In this document: positions 12,230 through 25,200 of the stretch, piece by piece
Position numbering within the stretch: position 1 is the first letter of the stretch
How the letters are laid out: the number at the start of each line of letters is the position of its first letter
Assembly: GCA_964016885.1 (NCBI GenBank)
Contig: OZ024742.1
Span: forward strand, 378,448,001-378,512,000
DNA length: 64,000 nucleotides
Direction of reading: 5' to 3'
From: Eledone cirrhosa
Lineage: Eukaryota
Made by a program: the position numbers and the translations under genes
The notes under the pieces: model-generated
The model's input: the letters and a program-made list of their open reading frames with translations, nothing else
What the model was told of the DNA's origin: nothing
The model's database searches: none

Positions 12230-15200
12230 GTATTAATGTTGTGGTCATTTGTAGTTCTATTGTAGCACTGAGCAGTCTATTGTATTAATGTTGTGGTAAT
12301 TTGTAATCTATTGTAGCATTGAGCAGTGTATTGTATTAATGTTGTGGTAATTAGTAGTCTATTGTAGCACTGCGCAGTGTATTGTATTAATATTGTGGTC
12401 ATTTGTAGTCTATTGTAGCACTGAGCAGTCTATTTTATTAATGTTGTGGTCATTTGTAGTCTATTGTAGCACTGAGCAGTCTATTGAATTAATGTTGTGG
12501 TCATTTGTAGCTCTATTGTAGCACTGAGCAGTCTATTGTATTAATGTTGTGGTCATTTGAAGTCTATTGTAGCACTGAGCAGTCTATTGTATTAATGTTG
12601 TGGTCATTTGTAGTCTATTGTAGCACTGAGCAGTCTGTTGTATTAATGTTGTGGTCATTTGTAGCTCTATTGTAGCACTGAGCAGTCTATTGTATTAATG
12701 TTGTGGTCATTTGTAGTCTATTGTAGCACTGAGCAGTCTGTTGTATTAATGTTGTGGTCATTTGTAGCTTTATTGTAGAACTGAGCACTCTATTGTATTA
12801 ATGTTGTGGTCATTTGCAGCACTATTGTAGCACTGAGCCGTGTATTGTAATAGTGTTGTGGTCATTTGTAGCTCTATTGTAGCACTGAGCAATCTATTGT
12901 ATTAATGTTGTGGTCAGTTGTATTCTATTGTAGCACTGAGCAGACTATTGTATTAATGTTGTGGTCATTTGTAGTATATTGTAGTTCTGAGCAGTCTATT
13001 GTATTGATGTTGTGGTCATTTGTAGTCTATTGTAGCACTGAGCAGTCTATTGTATTAATGTTTTGGTCATTTGTAGTCTATTGTAGCACTGAGCAGTCTA
13101 TTATATTAATGTTGTGGTCATTTGTAGTCTATTGTAGCACTGAGCAGTCTATTGTATTAGTGTTGTGGTCATTTGTAGCTCTATTGTAGCACTGAGTAGT
13201 CTATTGTATTAATATTGTGGTCAGTTGTAGTCTATTGTAGCACTGAGCAGTCTATTGTATTAATGTTGTGGTCATTTGTAGCTCTATTGTAGCACTGAGC
13301 AGTCTATTGTATTAATGTTGTGGTCATTTGTAGCTCTATTGTAGCACTGAGCAGTCTATTGTATTAATGTTGTGGTCATTTGTAGCTCTATTGTAGCACC
13401 GAGCAGTCTATTGTATTAATATTGTGGTCATTTGTAGTCTATTGTAGCACTGAGCAGTATATTGTATTAGTGTTGTGGTCATTTGTAGCTCTATAGTAGC
13501 ACTGAGCAGTCTATTGTATTAATGTTGTGGTCAGTTGTAGTCTATTGTAGCACTGAGCAGTCTATTGTATTAATGTTGTGGTCATTTGTAGCTCTATTGT
13601 AGCACTGAGCAGTCTATTGTATTAATGTTGTGGTCATTTGTAGTCTATTGTAGCACTGAGCAGCAGTCTATTGTATTAGTGTTGTGGTCATTTGTAGCTC
13701 TATAGTAGCACTGAGCAGTCTATTTTATTAATGTTGTGGTCATTTGTAGCTCTATTGTAGCACTGAGCAGTCTATTGTATTAATGTTGTGGTCATTTGTT
13801 GTCTATTGTAGCACTGAGCAGTCTATTGTATTAATGTTGTGGTCATTCGTAGTCTATTGTAGCACTGAGCAGTCTATTGTATTAATGTTGTGGTCATTTG
13901 TCGTCTATTGTAGCACTGAACAGTCTATTGTATTAATGTTGTGGTCATTTGTAGCTCTATTGTAGCACTGAGCAGTCTATTATATTAATGTTGTGGTCAT
14001 TTGTAGTCTATTGTAGCACTGAGCAGTCTATTGTATTAGTGTTGTGGTCATTTGTAGCTCTATTGTAGCACTGAGCAGTCTATTGTATTAATGTTGTGGT
14101 CAGTTGTAGTCTATTGTAACACTGATCAGTCTATTGTATTAATGTTGTGCTCATTTGTAGCTCTATTGTAGCACTGAGCAGTCTATTGTATTAATTTTGT
14201 GGTCATTTGTAGCTCTATTGTAGCACTGAGCATTGTATTGTATTAATGTTGTGGTCATTTGTAGTCTATTGTAGCACTGAGCAGTCTATTGTATTAATGT
14301 TGTGGTCATTTGTAGCTCTATTGTAGCACTGAGCAGTCTATTGTATTAATGTTGTGGTCATTTGTAGCTCTATTGTAGCACTGAGCAGTCTATTGTATTA
14401 ATGTTGTGGTCATTTGTAGTCTATTGTAGCACTGAGCAGTCTATTGTATTAGTGTTGTGGACATTTGTAGCTCTATAGTAGCACTGAGCAGTCTATTTTA
14501 TTAATGTTGTGGTCAGTTGTAGTCTATTGTAGCACTGAGCAGTCTATTGTATTAATGTTGTGGTCATTTGTAGCTCTATTGTAGCACTGAGCAGTCTATT
14601 GTATTAATGCTGTGGTCAGTTATATTCTATTGTAGCACTGAGCAGAATATTGTATTAATGTTGTGGTCATTTGTAGTCTATTGTAGTACTGAGCAGTCTA
14701 TTTTATTAATGTTGTGGTCATTTGTAGCTCTATTGTAGCACTGAGCATTGTATTGTATTTATGTTGTGGTCATTTGTAGTCTATTGTAGCACTGAGCAGT
14801 CTATTGTATTAATGTTGTGGTCATTTGTAGTTCTATTGTAGCACTGAGCAGTCTATTGAATTAATGTTGTGGTCATTTGTAGCTCTATTGTAGCAATGAG
14901 CAGTCTATTGTATTAATGTTGTGGTCATTTGTAGTCTATTGTAGCACTGAGCAGTCTGTTGTATTAATGTTGTGGTCATTTGTAGCTCTATTGTAGCACT
15001 GAGCAGTCTATTGTATTAATGTTGTGGTCATTTGTAGTCTATTGTAGCACTGAGCAGTCTGTTGTATTAATGTTGTGGTCATTTGTAGCTTTATTGTAGA
15101 ACTGAGCACTCTATTGTATTAATGTTGTGGTCATTTGCAGCTCTATTGTAGCACTGAGCCGTGTATTGTAATAGTGTTGTTGTCATTTGTAGTCTATTGT

Positions 15201-18200
15201 AGCACTGAGCAGTCTATTGTATTAATGTTGTGGTCATTTGTAGTCTATTGTAGCACTGAGCAGTCTATTGTATTAATGTTGTGGTCATTTGTAGTCTATT
15301 GTAGCACTGAGCAGTCTATTGTATTAGTGCTGTGGTCATTTGTCGCTCTATTGTAGCACTGAGCAGTCTATTGTATTAATGTTGTGGTCAGTTGTAGTCT
15401 ATTGTAGCACTGAGCAGTCTATTGTATTAATGTTGTGGTCATTTGTAGCTCTATTGTAGCACTGAGCAGTCTATTGTATTAATGTTGTGGTCATTTGTAG
15501 CTCTATTGTAGCACTGAGCATTGTATTGTATTAATGTTGTGGTCATTTGTAGTCTATTGTAGCACTGAGCAGTCTATTGTATTAATGTTGTGGTCATTTG
15601 TAGCTCTATTGTAGCTATGAGCAGTCTATTGTATTAATGTTGTGGTCATTTGTAGCTCTATTGTAGCACTGAGCAGTCTATTGTATTAATGTTGTGGTCA
15701 TTTGTAGTTCTATTGTAGCACTGAGCAGTCTATTGTATTAATGTTGTGGTCATTTGTAGTCTATTGTAGCATTGAGCAGTGTATTGTATTAATGTTGTGG
15801 TAATTAGTAGTCTATTGTAGCACTGCGCAGTCTATTGTATTAATGTTGTGGTCATTTGTAGTCTATTGTAGCACTGAGCAGTGTATTGTATTAATATTGT
15901 GGTCATTTGTAGTCTATTGTAGCACTGAGCAGTCTATTTTATTAATGTTGTGGTCATTTGTAGTCTATTGTAGCACTGAGCAGTCTATTGAATTAATGTT
16001 GTGGTCATTTGTAGCTCTATTGTAGCACTGAGCAGTCTATTGTATTAATGTTGTGGTCATTTGAAGTCTATTGTAGCACTGAGCAGTCTATTGTATTAAT
16101 GTTGTGGTCATTTGTAGTCTATTGTAGCACTGAGCAGTCTGTTGTATTAATGTTGTGGTCATTTGTAGCTCTATTGTAGCACTGAGCAGTCTATTGTATT
16201 AATGTTGTGGTCATTTGTAGTCTATTGTAGCACTGAGCAGTCTGTTGTATTAATGTTGTGGTCATTTGTAGCTTTATTGTAGAACTGAGCACTCTATTGT
16301 ATTAATGTTGTGGTCATTTGCAGCACTATTGTAGCACTGAGCCGTGTATTGTAATAGTGTTGTGGTCATTTGTAGCTCTATTGTAGCACTGAGCAATCTA
16401 TTGTATTAATGTTGTGGTCAGTTGTATTCTATTGTAGCACTGAGCAGACTATTGTATTAATGTTGTGGTCATTTGTAGTATATTGTAGTTCTGAGCAGTC
16501 TATTGTATTGATGTTGTGGTCATTTGTAGTCTATTGTAGCACTGAGCAGTCTATTGTATTAATGTTTTGGTCATTTGTAGTCTATTGTAGCACTGAGCAG
16601 TCTATTATATTAATGTTGTGGTCATTTGTAGTCTATTGTAGCACTGAGCAGTCTATTGTATTAGTGTTGTGGTCATTTGTAGCTCTATTGTAGCACTGAG
16701 TAGTCTATTGTATTAATGTTGTGGTCAGTTGTAGTCTATTGTAGCACTGAGCAGTCTATTGTATTAATGTTGTGGTCATTTGTAGCTCTATTGTAGCACT
16801 GAGCAGTCTATTGTATTAATGTTGTGGTCATTTGTAGCTCTATTGTAGCACTGAGCAGTCTATTGTATTAATGTTGTGGTCATTTGTAGCTCTATTGTAG
16901 CACCGAGCAGTCTATTGTATTAATGTTGTGGTCATTTGTAGTCTATTGTAGCACTGAGCAGTATATTGTATTAGTGTTGTGGTCATTTGTAGCTCTATAG
17001 TAGCACTGAGCAGTCTATTGTATTAATGTTGTGGTCAGTTGTAGTCTATTGTAGCACTGAGCAGTCTATTGTATTAATGTTGTGGTCATTTGTAGCTCTA
17101 TTGTAGCACTGAGCAGTCTATTGTATTAATGTTGTGGTCATTTGTAGTCTATTGTAGCACTGAGCAGCAGTCTATTGTATTAGTGTTGTGGTCATTTGTA
17201 GCTCTATAGTAGCACTGAGCAGTCTATTTTATTAATGTTGTGGTCATTTGTAGCTCTATTGTAGCACTGAGCAGTCTATTGTATTAATGTTGTGGTCATT
17301 TGTTGTCTATTGTAGCACTGAGCAGTCTATTGTATTAATGTTGTGGTCATTCGTAGTCTATTGTAGCACTGAGCAGTCTATTGTATTAATGTTGTGGTCA
17401 TTTGTAGTCTATTGTAGCACTGAACAGTCTATTGTATTAATGTTGTGGTCATTTGTAGCTCTATTGTAGCACTGAGCAGTCTATTATATTAATGTTGTGG
17501 TCATTTGTAGTCTATTGTAGCACTGAGCAGTCTATTGTATTAGTGTTGTGGTCATTTGTAGCTCTATTGTAGCACTGAGCAGTCTATTGTATTAATGTTG
17601 TGGTCAGTTGTAGTCTATTGTAACACTGATCAGTCTATTGTATTAATGTTGTGCTCATTTGTAGCTCTATTGTAGCACTGAGCAGTCTATTGTATTAATT
17701 TTGTGGTCATTTGTAGCTCTATTGTAGCACTGAGCATTGTATTGTATTAATGTTGTGGTCATTTGTAGTCTATTGTAGCACTGAGCAGTCTATTGTATTA
17801 ATGTTGTGGTCATTTGTAGCTCTATTGTAGCACTGAGCAGTCTATTGTATTAATGTTGTGGTCATTTGTAGCTCTATTGTAGCACTGAGCAGTCTATTGT
17901 ATTAATGTTGTGGTCATTTGTAGTCTATTGTAGCACTGAGCAGTCTATTGTATTAGTGTTGTGGTCATTTGTAGCTCTATAGTAGCACTGAGCAGTCTAT
18001 TTTATTAATGTTGTGGTCAGTTGTAGTCTATTGTAGCACTGAGCAGTCTATTGTATTAATGTTGTGGTCATTTGTAGCTCTATTGTAGCACTGAGCAGTC
18101 TATTGTATTAATGCTGTGGTCAGTTATATTCTATTGTAGCACTGAGCAGAATATTGTATTAATGTTGTGGTCATTTGTAGTCTATTGTAGTACTGAGCAG

Positions 18201-19240
18201 TCTATTTTATTAATGTTGTGGTCATTTGTAGCTCTATTGTAGCACTGAGCATTGTATTGTATTAATGTTGTGGTCATTTGTAGTCTATTGTAGCACTGAG
18301 CAGTCTATTGTATTAATGTTGTGGTCATTTGTAGTTCTATTGTAGCACTGAGCAGTCTATTGAATTAATGTTGTGGTCATTTGTAGCTCTATTGTAGCAA
18401 TGAGCAGTCTATTGTATTAATGTTGTGGTCATTTGTAGTCTATTGTAGCACTGAGCAGTCTGTTGTATTAATTTTGTGGTCATTTGTAGCTCTATTGTAG
18501 CACTGAGCAGTCTATTGTATTAATGTTGTGGTCATTTGTAGTCTATTGTAGCACTGAGCAGTCTGTTGTATTAATGTTGTGGTCATTTGTAGCTTTATTG
18601 TAGAACTGAGCACTCTATTGTATTAATGTTGTGGTCATTTGCAGCTCTATTGTAGCACTGAGCCGTGTATTGTAATAGTGTTGTGGTCATTTGTAGTCTA
18701 TTGTAGCACTGAGCAGTCTATTGTATTAATGTTGTGGTCATTTGTAGTCTATTGTAGCACTGAGCAGTCTATTGTATTAATGTTGTGGTCATTTGTAGCT
18801 CTATTGTAGCACTGAGCAGTCTATTTTATTAATGTTGTGGTCATTTGTAGTCGATTGTAGCACTGAGCAGTCTATTGTATTAGTGCTGTGGTCATTTGTC
18901 GCTCTATTGTAGCACTGAGCAGTCTATTGTATTAATGTTGTGGTCAGTTGTAGTCTATTGTAGCACTGAGCAGTCTATTGTATTAATGTTGTGGTCATTT
19001 GTAGCTCTATTGTAGCACTGAGCAGTCTATTGTATTAATGTTGTGGTCATTTGTAGCTCTATTGTAGCACTGAGCATTGTATTGTATTAATGTTGTGGTC
19101 ATTTGTAGTCTATTGTAGCACTGAGCAGTCTATTGTATTAATGTTGTGGTCATTTGTAGCTCTATTGTAGCTATGAGCAGTCTATTGTATTAATGTTGTG
19201 GTCATTTGTAGCTCTATTGTAGCACTGAGCAGTCTATTGT
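12230..19240 (+). repeat. Tandem higher-order duplication, ~3.5 kb unit (offset 3504 bp, 68 monomers)
   Basis: ORF pairs 12905/16409 and 13783/17287 are offset by 3504. The private CAGCAG insertion lies at 13661 and 17165. The offset shifts by whole monomers near the ends. Confidence 0.9.
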
Positions 19241-22200
19241 ATTAATGTTGTGGTCATTTGTAGTCTATTGTAGCACTGAGCAGTCTATTGTATTAGTGTT
19301 GTGGTCATTTGTAGCTCTATAGTAGCACTGAGCAGTCTATTGTATTAATGTTGTGGTCAGTTGTATTCTATTGTAGCACTGAGCAGACTATTGTATTAAT
19401 GTTGTGGTCATTTGTAGTATATTGTAGTTCTGAGCAGTCTATTGTATTGATGTTGTGGTCATTTGTAGTCTATTGTAGCACTGAGCAGTCTATTGTATTA
19501 ATGTTGTGGTCATTTGTAGTCTATTGTAGCACTAAGCAGTCTATTGTATTAATGTTGTGGTCATTTGTAGCTCTATTGTAGCACTGAGCAGTCTATTATA
19601 TTAATGTTGTGGTCATTTGGAGTCTATTGTAGCACTGAGCAGTCTATTGTATTAGTGTTTTGGTCATTTGTAGCTCTATTGTAGCACTGAGCAGTCTATT
19701 GTATTAATGTTGTGGTCAGTTCTAGTCTATTGTAGCACTGAGCAGTCTATTGTATTAATGTTGTGGTCATTTGTAGCTCTATTGTAGCACTGAGCAGTCT
19801 ATTGTATTAATGTTGTGGTCATTTGTAGCTCTATTGTAGCACTGAGCATTGTATTGTATTAATGTTGTGGTTATCTATAGTCTATTGTAGCACTGAGCAG
19901 TCTATTGTATTAAAGTTGTGGTCATTTGTAGCTCTATTGTAGCACTGAGCAGTCTATTGTATTAATGTTGTGGTCATTTGTAGCTCTATTGTAGCACTGA
20001 GCAGTCTATTGTATTAATGTTGTGGTCATTTGTAGTCTATTGTAGCACTGAGCAGTCTATTGTATTAGTGTTGTGGTCATTTGTAGCTCTATAGTAGCAC
20101 TGAGCAGTCTATTGTATTAATGTTGTGGTCAGTTGTAGTCTATTGTAGCACTGAGCAGTCTATTGTATTAATGTTGTGGTCAGTTGTAGCTCTATTGTAG
20201 CACTGAGCAGTCTATTGTATTAATGTTGTGGTCAATTGTATTCTATTGTAGCACTGAGCAGACTATTGTATTAATGTTGTGGTCATATGTAGTCTATTGT
20301 AGCACTGAGCAGTCTATTGTATTAGTGTTGTGGTCATTTGTAGTCTATTGTAGCACTGAGCAGTCTATTGTATTAATGCTGTGGTCAGTTATATTCTATT
20401 GTAGCACTGAGCAGACTATTGTATTAATGTTGTGGACATTTGTAGTCTATTGTAGTACTGAGCAGTCTATTTTATTAATGTTGTGGTCATTTGTAGCTCT
20501 ATTGTAGCACTGAGCATTGTATTGTATTAATGTTGTGGTCATTTGTAATCTATTGTAGCACTGAGCAGTCTATTGTATTAATGTTGTGGTCATTTGTAGT
20601 TCTATTGTAGCACTGAGCAGTCTATTGTATTAATGTTGTGGTCATTTGTAGTCTATTGTAGCACTGAGCAGTCTATTGTATTAATGTTGTGGTCATTTGT
20701 AGTCTATTGTAGCACTGAGCAGTGTATTGTATTAATGTTGTGGTCATTTGTAGCTCTATTGTAGCACTGAGCATTGTATTGTATTAATGTTGTGGTCATT
20801 TGTAGTCTATTGTAGCACTGAGTAGTCTATTGTATTAATGTTGTGGTCATTTGTAGTTCTATTGTAGCACTGAGCAGTCTATTGTATTAATGTTGTGGTA
20901 ATTTGTAGTCTATTGTAGCACTGAGCAGTGTATTGTATTAATGTTGTGGTAATTAGTAGTCTATTGTAGCACTGAGCAGTGTATTGTATTAATATTGTGG
21001 TCATTTGTAGTCTATTGTAGCACTGAGCAGTCTATTTTATTAATGTTGTGGTCCTTTGTAGTCTATTGTAGCACTGAGCAGTCTATTGAATTAATGTTGT
21101 GGTCATTTGTAGCTCTATTGTAGCACTGAGCAGTCTATTGTATTAATGTTGTGGTCAGTTGTAGTCTAGTGTAGCACTGAGCAGTCTATTGTATTAATGT
21201 TGTGGTCATTTGTAGTCTATTGTAGCACTGAGCAGTCTGTTGTATTAATGTTGTGGTCATTTGTAGCTCTATTGTAGCACTGAGCAGTCTATTGTATTAA
21301 TGTTGTGGTCATTTGTAGTCTATTGTAGCACTGAGCAGTCTGTTGTATTAATGTTGTGGTCATTTGTAGCTTTATTGTAGAACTGAGCACTCTATTGTAT
21401 TAATGTTGTGGTTATTTGCAGCTCTATTGTAGCACTGAGCCGTGTATTGTAATAGTGTTGTGGTCATTTGTAGCTCTATTGTAGCACTGAGCAATCTATT
21501 GTATTAATGTTGTGGTCAGTTGTATTCTATTGTAGCACTGAGCAGACTATTGTATTAATGTTGTGGTCATTTGTAGTATATTGTAGTTCTGAGCAGTCTA
21601 TTGTATTGATGTTGTGGTCATTTGTAGTCTATTGTAGCACTGAGCAGTCTATTGTATTAATGTTTTGGTCATTTGTAGTCTATTGTAGCACTGAGCAGTC
21701 TATTGTATTGATGTTGTGGTCATCCGTAGTCTATTGTAACACTGAGCAGTCTATTGTATTAATGTTGTGGTTATTTGTAGCTCTATTGTAGCACTGAGCA
21801 GTCTATTATATTAATGTTGTGGTCATTTGTAGTCTATTGTAGCACTGAGCAGTCTATTGTATTAGTGTTGTGGTCATTTGTAGCTCTATTGTATCACTGA
21901 GCAGTCTATTGTATTAATGTTGTGGTCAGTTGTAGTCTATTGTAGCACTGAGCAGTCTATTGTATTAATGTTGTGGTCATTTGTAGCTCTATTGTAGCAC
22001 TGAGCAGTCTATTGTATTAATGTTGTGGTCATTTGTAGCTCTATTGTAGCACCGAGCAGTCTATTGTATTAATGTTGTGGTCATTTGTAGTCTATTGTAG
22101 CACTGAGCAGTATATTGTATTAGTGTTGTGGTCATTTGTAGCTCTATAGTAGCACTGAGCAGTCTATTGTATTAGTGTTGTGGTCATTTGTAGCTCTATA

Positions 22201-25200
22201 GTAGCACTGAGCAGTCTATTGTATTAATGTTGTGGTCATTTGTAGCTCTATTGTAGCACTGAGCATTGTATTGTATTAATGTTGTGGTCATTTGTTGTTA
22301 ATTGTAGCACTGAGCAGTCTATTGTATTAATGTTGTGGTCATTTGTAGTCTATTGTAGAACTGAGCAGTCTATTGTATTAATGTTGTGGTCATTCGTAGT
22401 CTATTGTAGCACTGAGCAGTCTATTGTATTAATGTTGTGGTCATTTGTAGTCTATTGTAGCACTGAACAGTCTATTGTATTAATGTTGTGGTCATTTGTA
22501 GCTCTATTGTAGCACTGAGCAGTCTATTATATTAATGTTGTGGTCATTTGTAGTCTATTGTAGCACTGAGCAGTCTATTGTATTAGTGTTGTGGTCATTT
22601 GTAGCTCTATTGTAGCACTGAGCAGTCTATTGTATTAATGTTGTGGTCAGTTGTAGTCTATTGTAACACTGATCAGTCTATTGTATTAATGTTGTGCTCA
22701 TTTGTAGCTCTATTGTAGCACTGAGCAGTCTATTGTATTAATTTTGTGGTCATTTGTAGCTCTATTGTAGCACTGAGCATTGTATTGTATTAATGTTGTG
22801 GTCATTTGTAGTCTATTGTAGCACTGAGCAGTCTATTGTATTAATGTTGTGGTCATTTGTAGCTCTATTGTAGCACTGAGCAGTCTATTGTATTAATGTT
22901 GTGGTCATTTGTAGCTCTATTGTAGCACTGAGCAGTCTATTGTATTAATGTTGTGGTCATTTGTAGTCTATTGTAGCACTGAGCAGTCTATTGTATTAGT
23001 GTTGTGGTCATTTGTAGCTCTATAGTAGCACTGAGCAGTCTATTTTATTAATGTTGTGGTCAGTTGTAGTCTATTGTAGCACTGAGCAGTCTATTGTATT
23101 AATGTTGTGGTCATTTGTAGCTCTATTGTAGCACTGAGCAGTCTATTGTATTAGTGTTGTGGTCATTTGTAGCTCTATTGTAGCACTGAGCAGTCTATTG
23201 TATTAATGTTGTGGTCATTTGTAGTCTATTGTAGCACTGAGCAGTCTGTTGTATTAATGTTGTGGTCATTTGTAGCTTTATTGTAGAACTGAGCACTCTA
23301 TTGTATTAATGTTGTGGTCATTTGTAGTCTATTGTAGCACTGAGCAGTCTGTTGTATTAATGTTGTGGTCATTTGTAGCTTTATTGTAGAACTGAGCAGT
23401 CTATTGTATTAATGCTGTGGTCAGTTATATTCTATTGTAGCACTGAGCAGAATATTGTATTAATGTTGTGGTCATTTGTAGTCTATTGTAGTACTGAGCA
23501 GTCTGTTGTATTAATGTTGTGGTCATTTGTAGTTCTATTGTAGCACTGAGCAGTCTATTGAATTAATGTTGTGGTCATTTGTAGCTCTATTGTAGCAATG
23601 AGCAGTCTATTGTATTAATGTTGTGGTCATTTGTAGTCTATTGTAGCACTGAGCAGTCTGTTGTATTAATGTTGTGGTCATTTGTAGCTCTATTGTAGCA
23701 CTGAGCAGTCTATTGTATTAATGTTGTGGTCATTTGTAGTCTATTGTAGCACTGAGCAGTCTATTTTATTAATGTTGTGGTCATTTGTAGCTCTATTGTA
23801 GCACTGAGCATTGTATTGTATTTATGTTGTGGTCATTTGTAGTCTATTGTAGCACTGAGCAGTCTATTGTATTAATGTTGTGGTCATTTGTAGTTCTATT
23901 GTAGCACTGAGCAGTCTATTGAATTAATGTTGTGGTCATTTGTAGCTCTATTGTAGCAATGAGCAGTCTATTGTATTAATGTTGTGGTCATTTGTAGTCT
24001 ATTGTAGCACTGAGCAGTCTGTTGTATTAATGTTGTGGTCATTTGTAGCTCTATTGTAGCACTGAGCAGTCTATTGTATTAATGTTGTGGTCATTTGTAG
24101 TCTATTGTAGCACTGAGCAGTCTGTTGTATTAATGTTGTGGTCATTTGTAGCTTTATTGTAGAACTGAGCACTCTATTGTATTAATGTTGTGGTCATTTG
24201 CAGCTCTATTGTAGCACTGAGCCGTGTATTGTAATAGTGTTGTTGTCATTTGTAGTCTATTGTAGCACTGAGCAGTCTATTGTATTAATGTTGTGGTCAT
24301 TTGTAGTCTATTGTAGCACTGAGCAGTCTATTGTATTAATGTTGTGGTCATTTGTAGCTCTATTGTAGCACTGAGCAGTCTATTTTATTAATGTTGTGGT
24401 CATTTGTAGTCTATTGTAGCACTGAGCAGTCTATTGTATTAGTGCTGTGGTCATTTGTCGCTCTATTGTAGCACTGAGCAGTCTATTGTATTAATGTTGT
24501 GGTCAGTTGTAGTCTATTGTAGCACTGAGCAGTCTATTGTATTAATGTTGTGGTCATTTGTAGCTCTATTGTAGCACTGAGCAGTCTATTGTATTAATGT
24601 TGTGGTCATTTGTAGCTCTATTGTAGCACTGAGCATTGTATTGTATTAATGTTGTGGTCATTTGTAGTCTATTGTAGCACTGAGCAGTCTATTGTATTAA
24701 TGTTGTGGTCATTTGTAGCTCTATTGTAGCTATGAGCAGTCTATTGTATTAATGTTGTGGTCATTTGTAGCTCTATTGTAGCACTGAGCAGTCTATTGTA
24801 TTAATGTTGTGGTCATTTGTAGTTCTATTGTAGCACTGAGCAGTCTATTGTATTAATGTTGTGGTAATTTGTAGTCTATTGTAGCATTGAGCAGTGTATT
24901 GTATTAATGTTGTGGTAATTAGTAGTCTATTGTAGCACTGCGCAGTGTATTGTATTAATATTGTGGTCATTTGTAGTCTATTGTAGCACTGAGCAGTCTA
25001 TTTTATTAATGTTGTGGTCATTTGTAGTCTATTGTAGCACTGAGCAGTCTATTGAATTAATGTTGTGGTCATTTGTAGCTCTATTGTAGCACTGAGCAGT
25101 CTATTGTATTAATGTTGTGGTCATTTGAAGTCTATTGTAGCACTGAGCAGTCTATTGTATTAATGTTGTGGTCATTTGTAGTCTATTGTAGCACTGAGCA

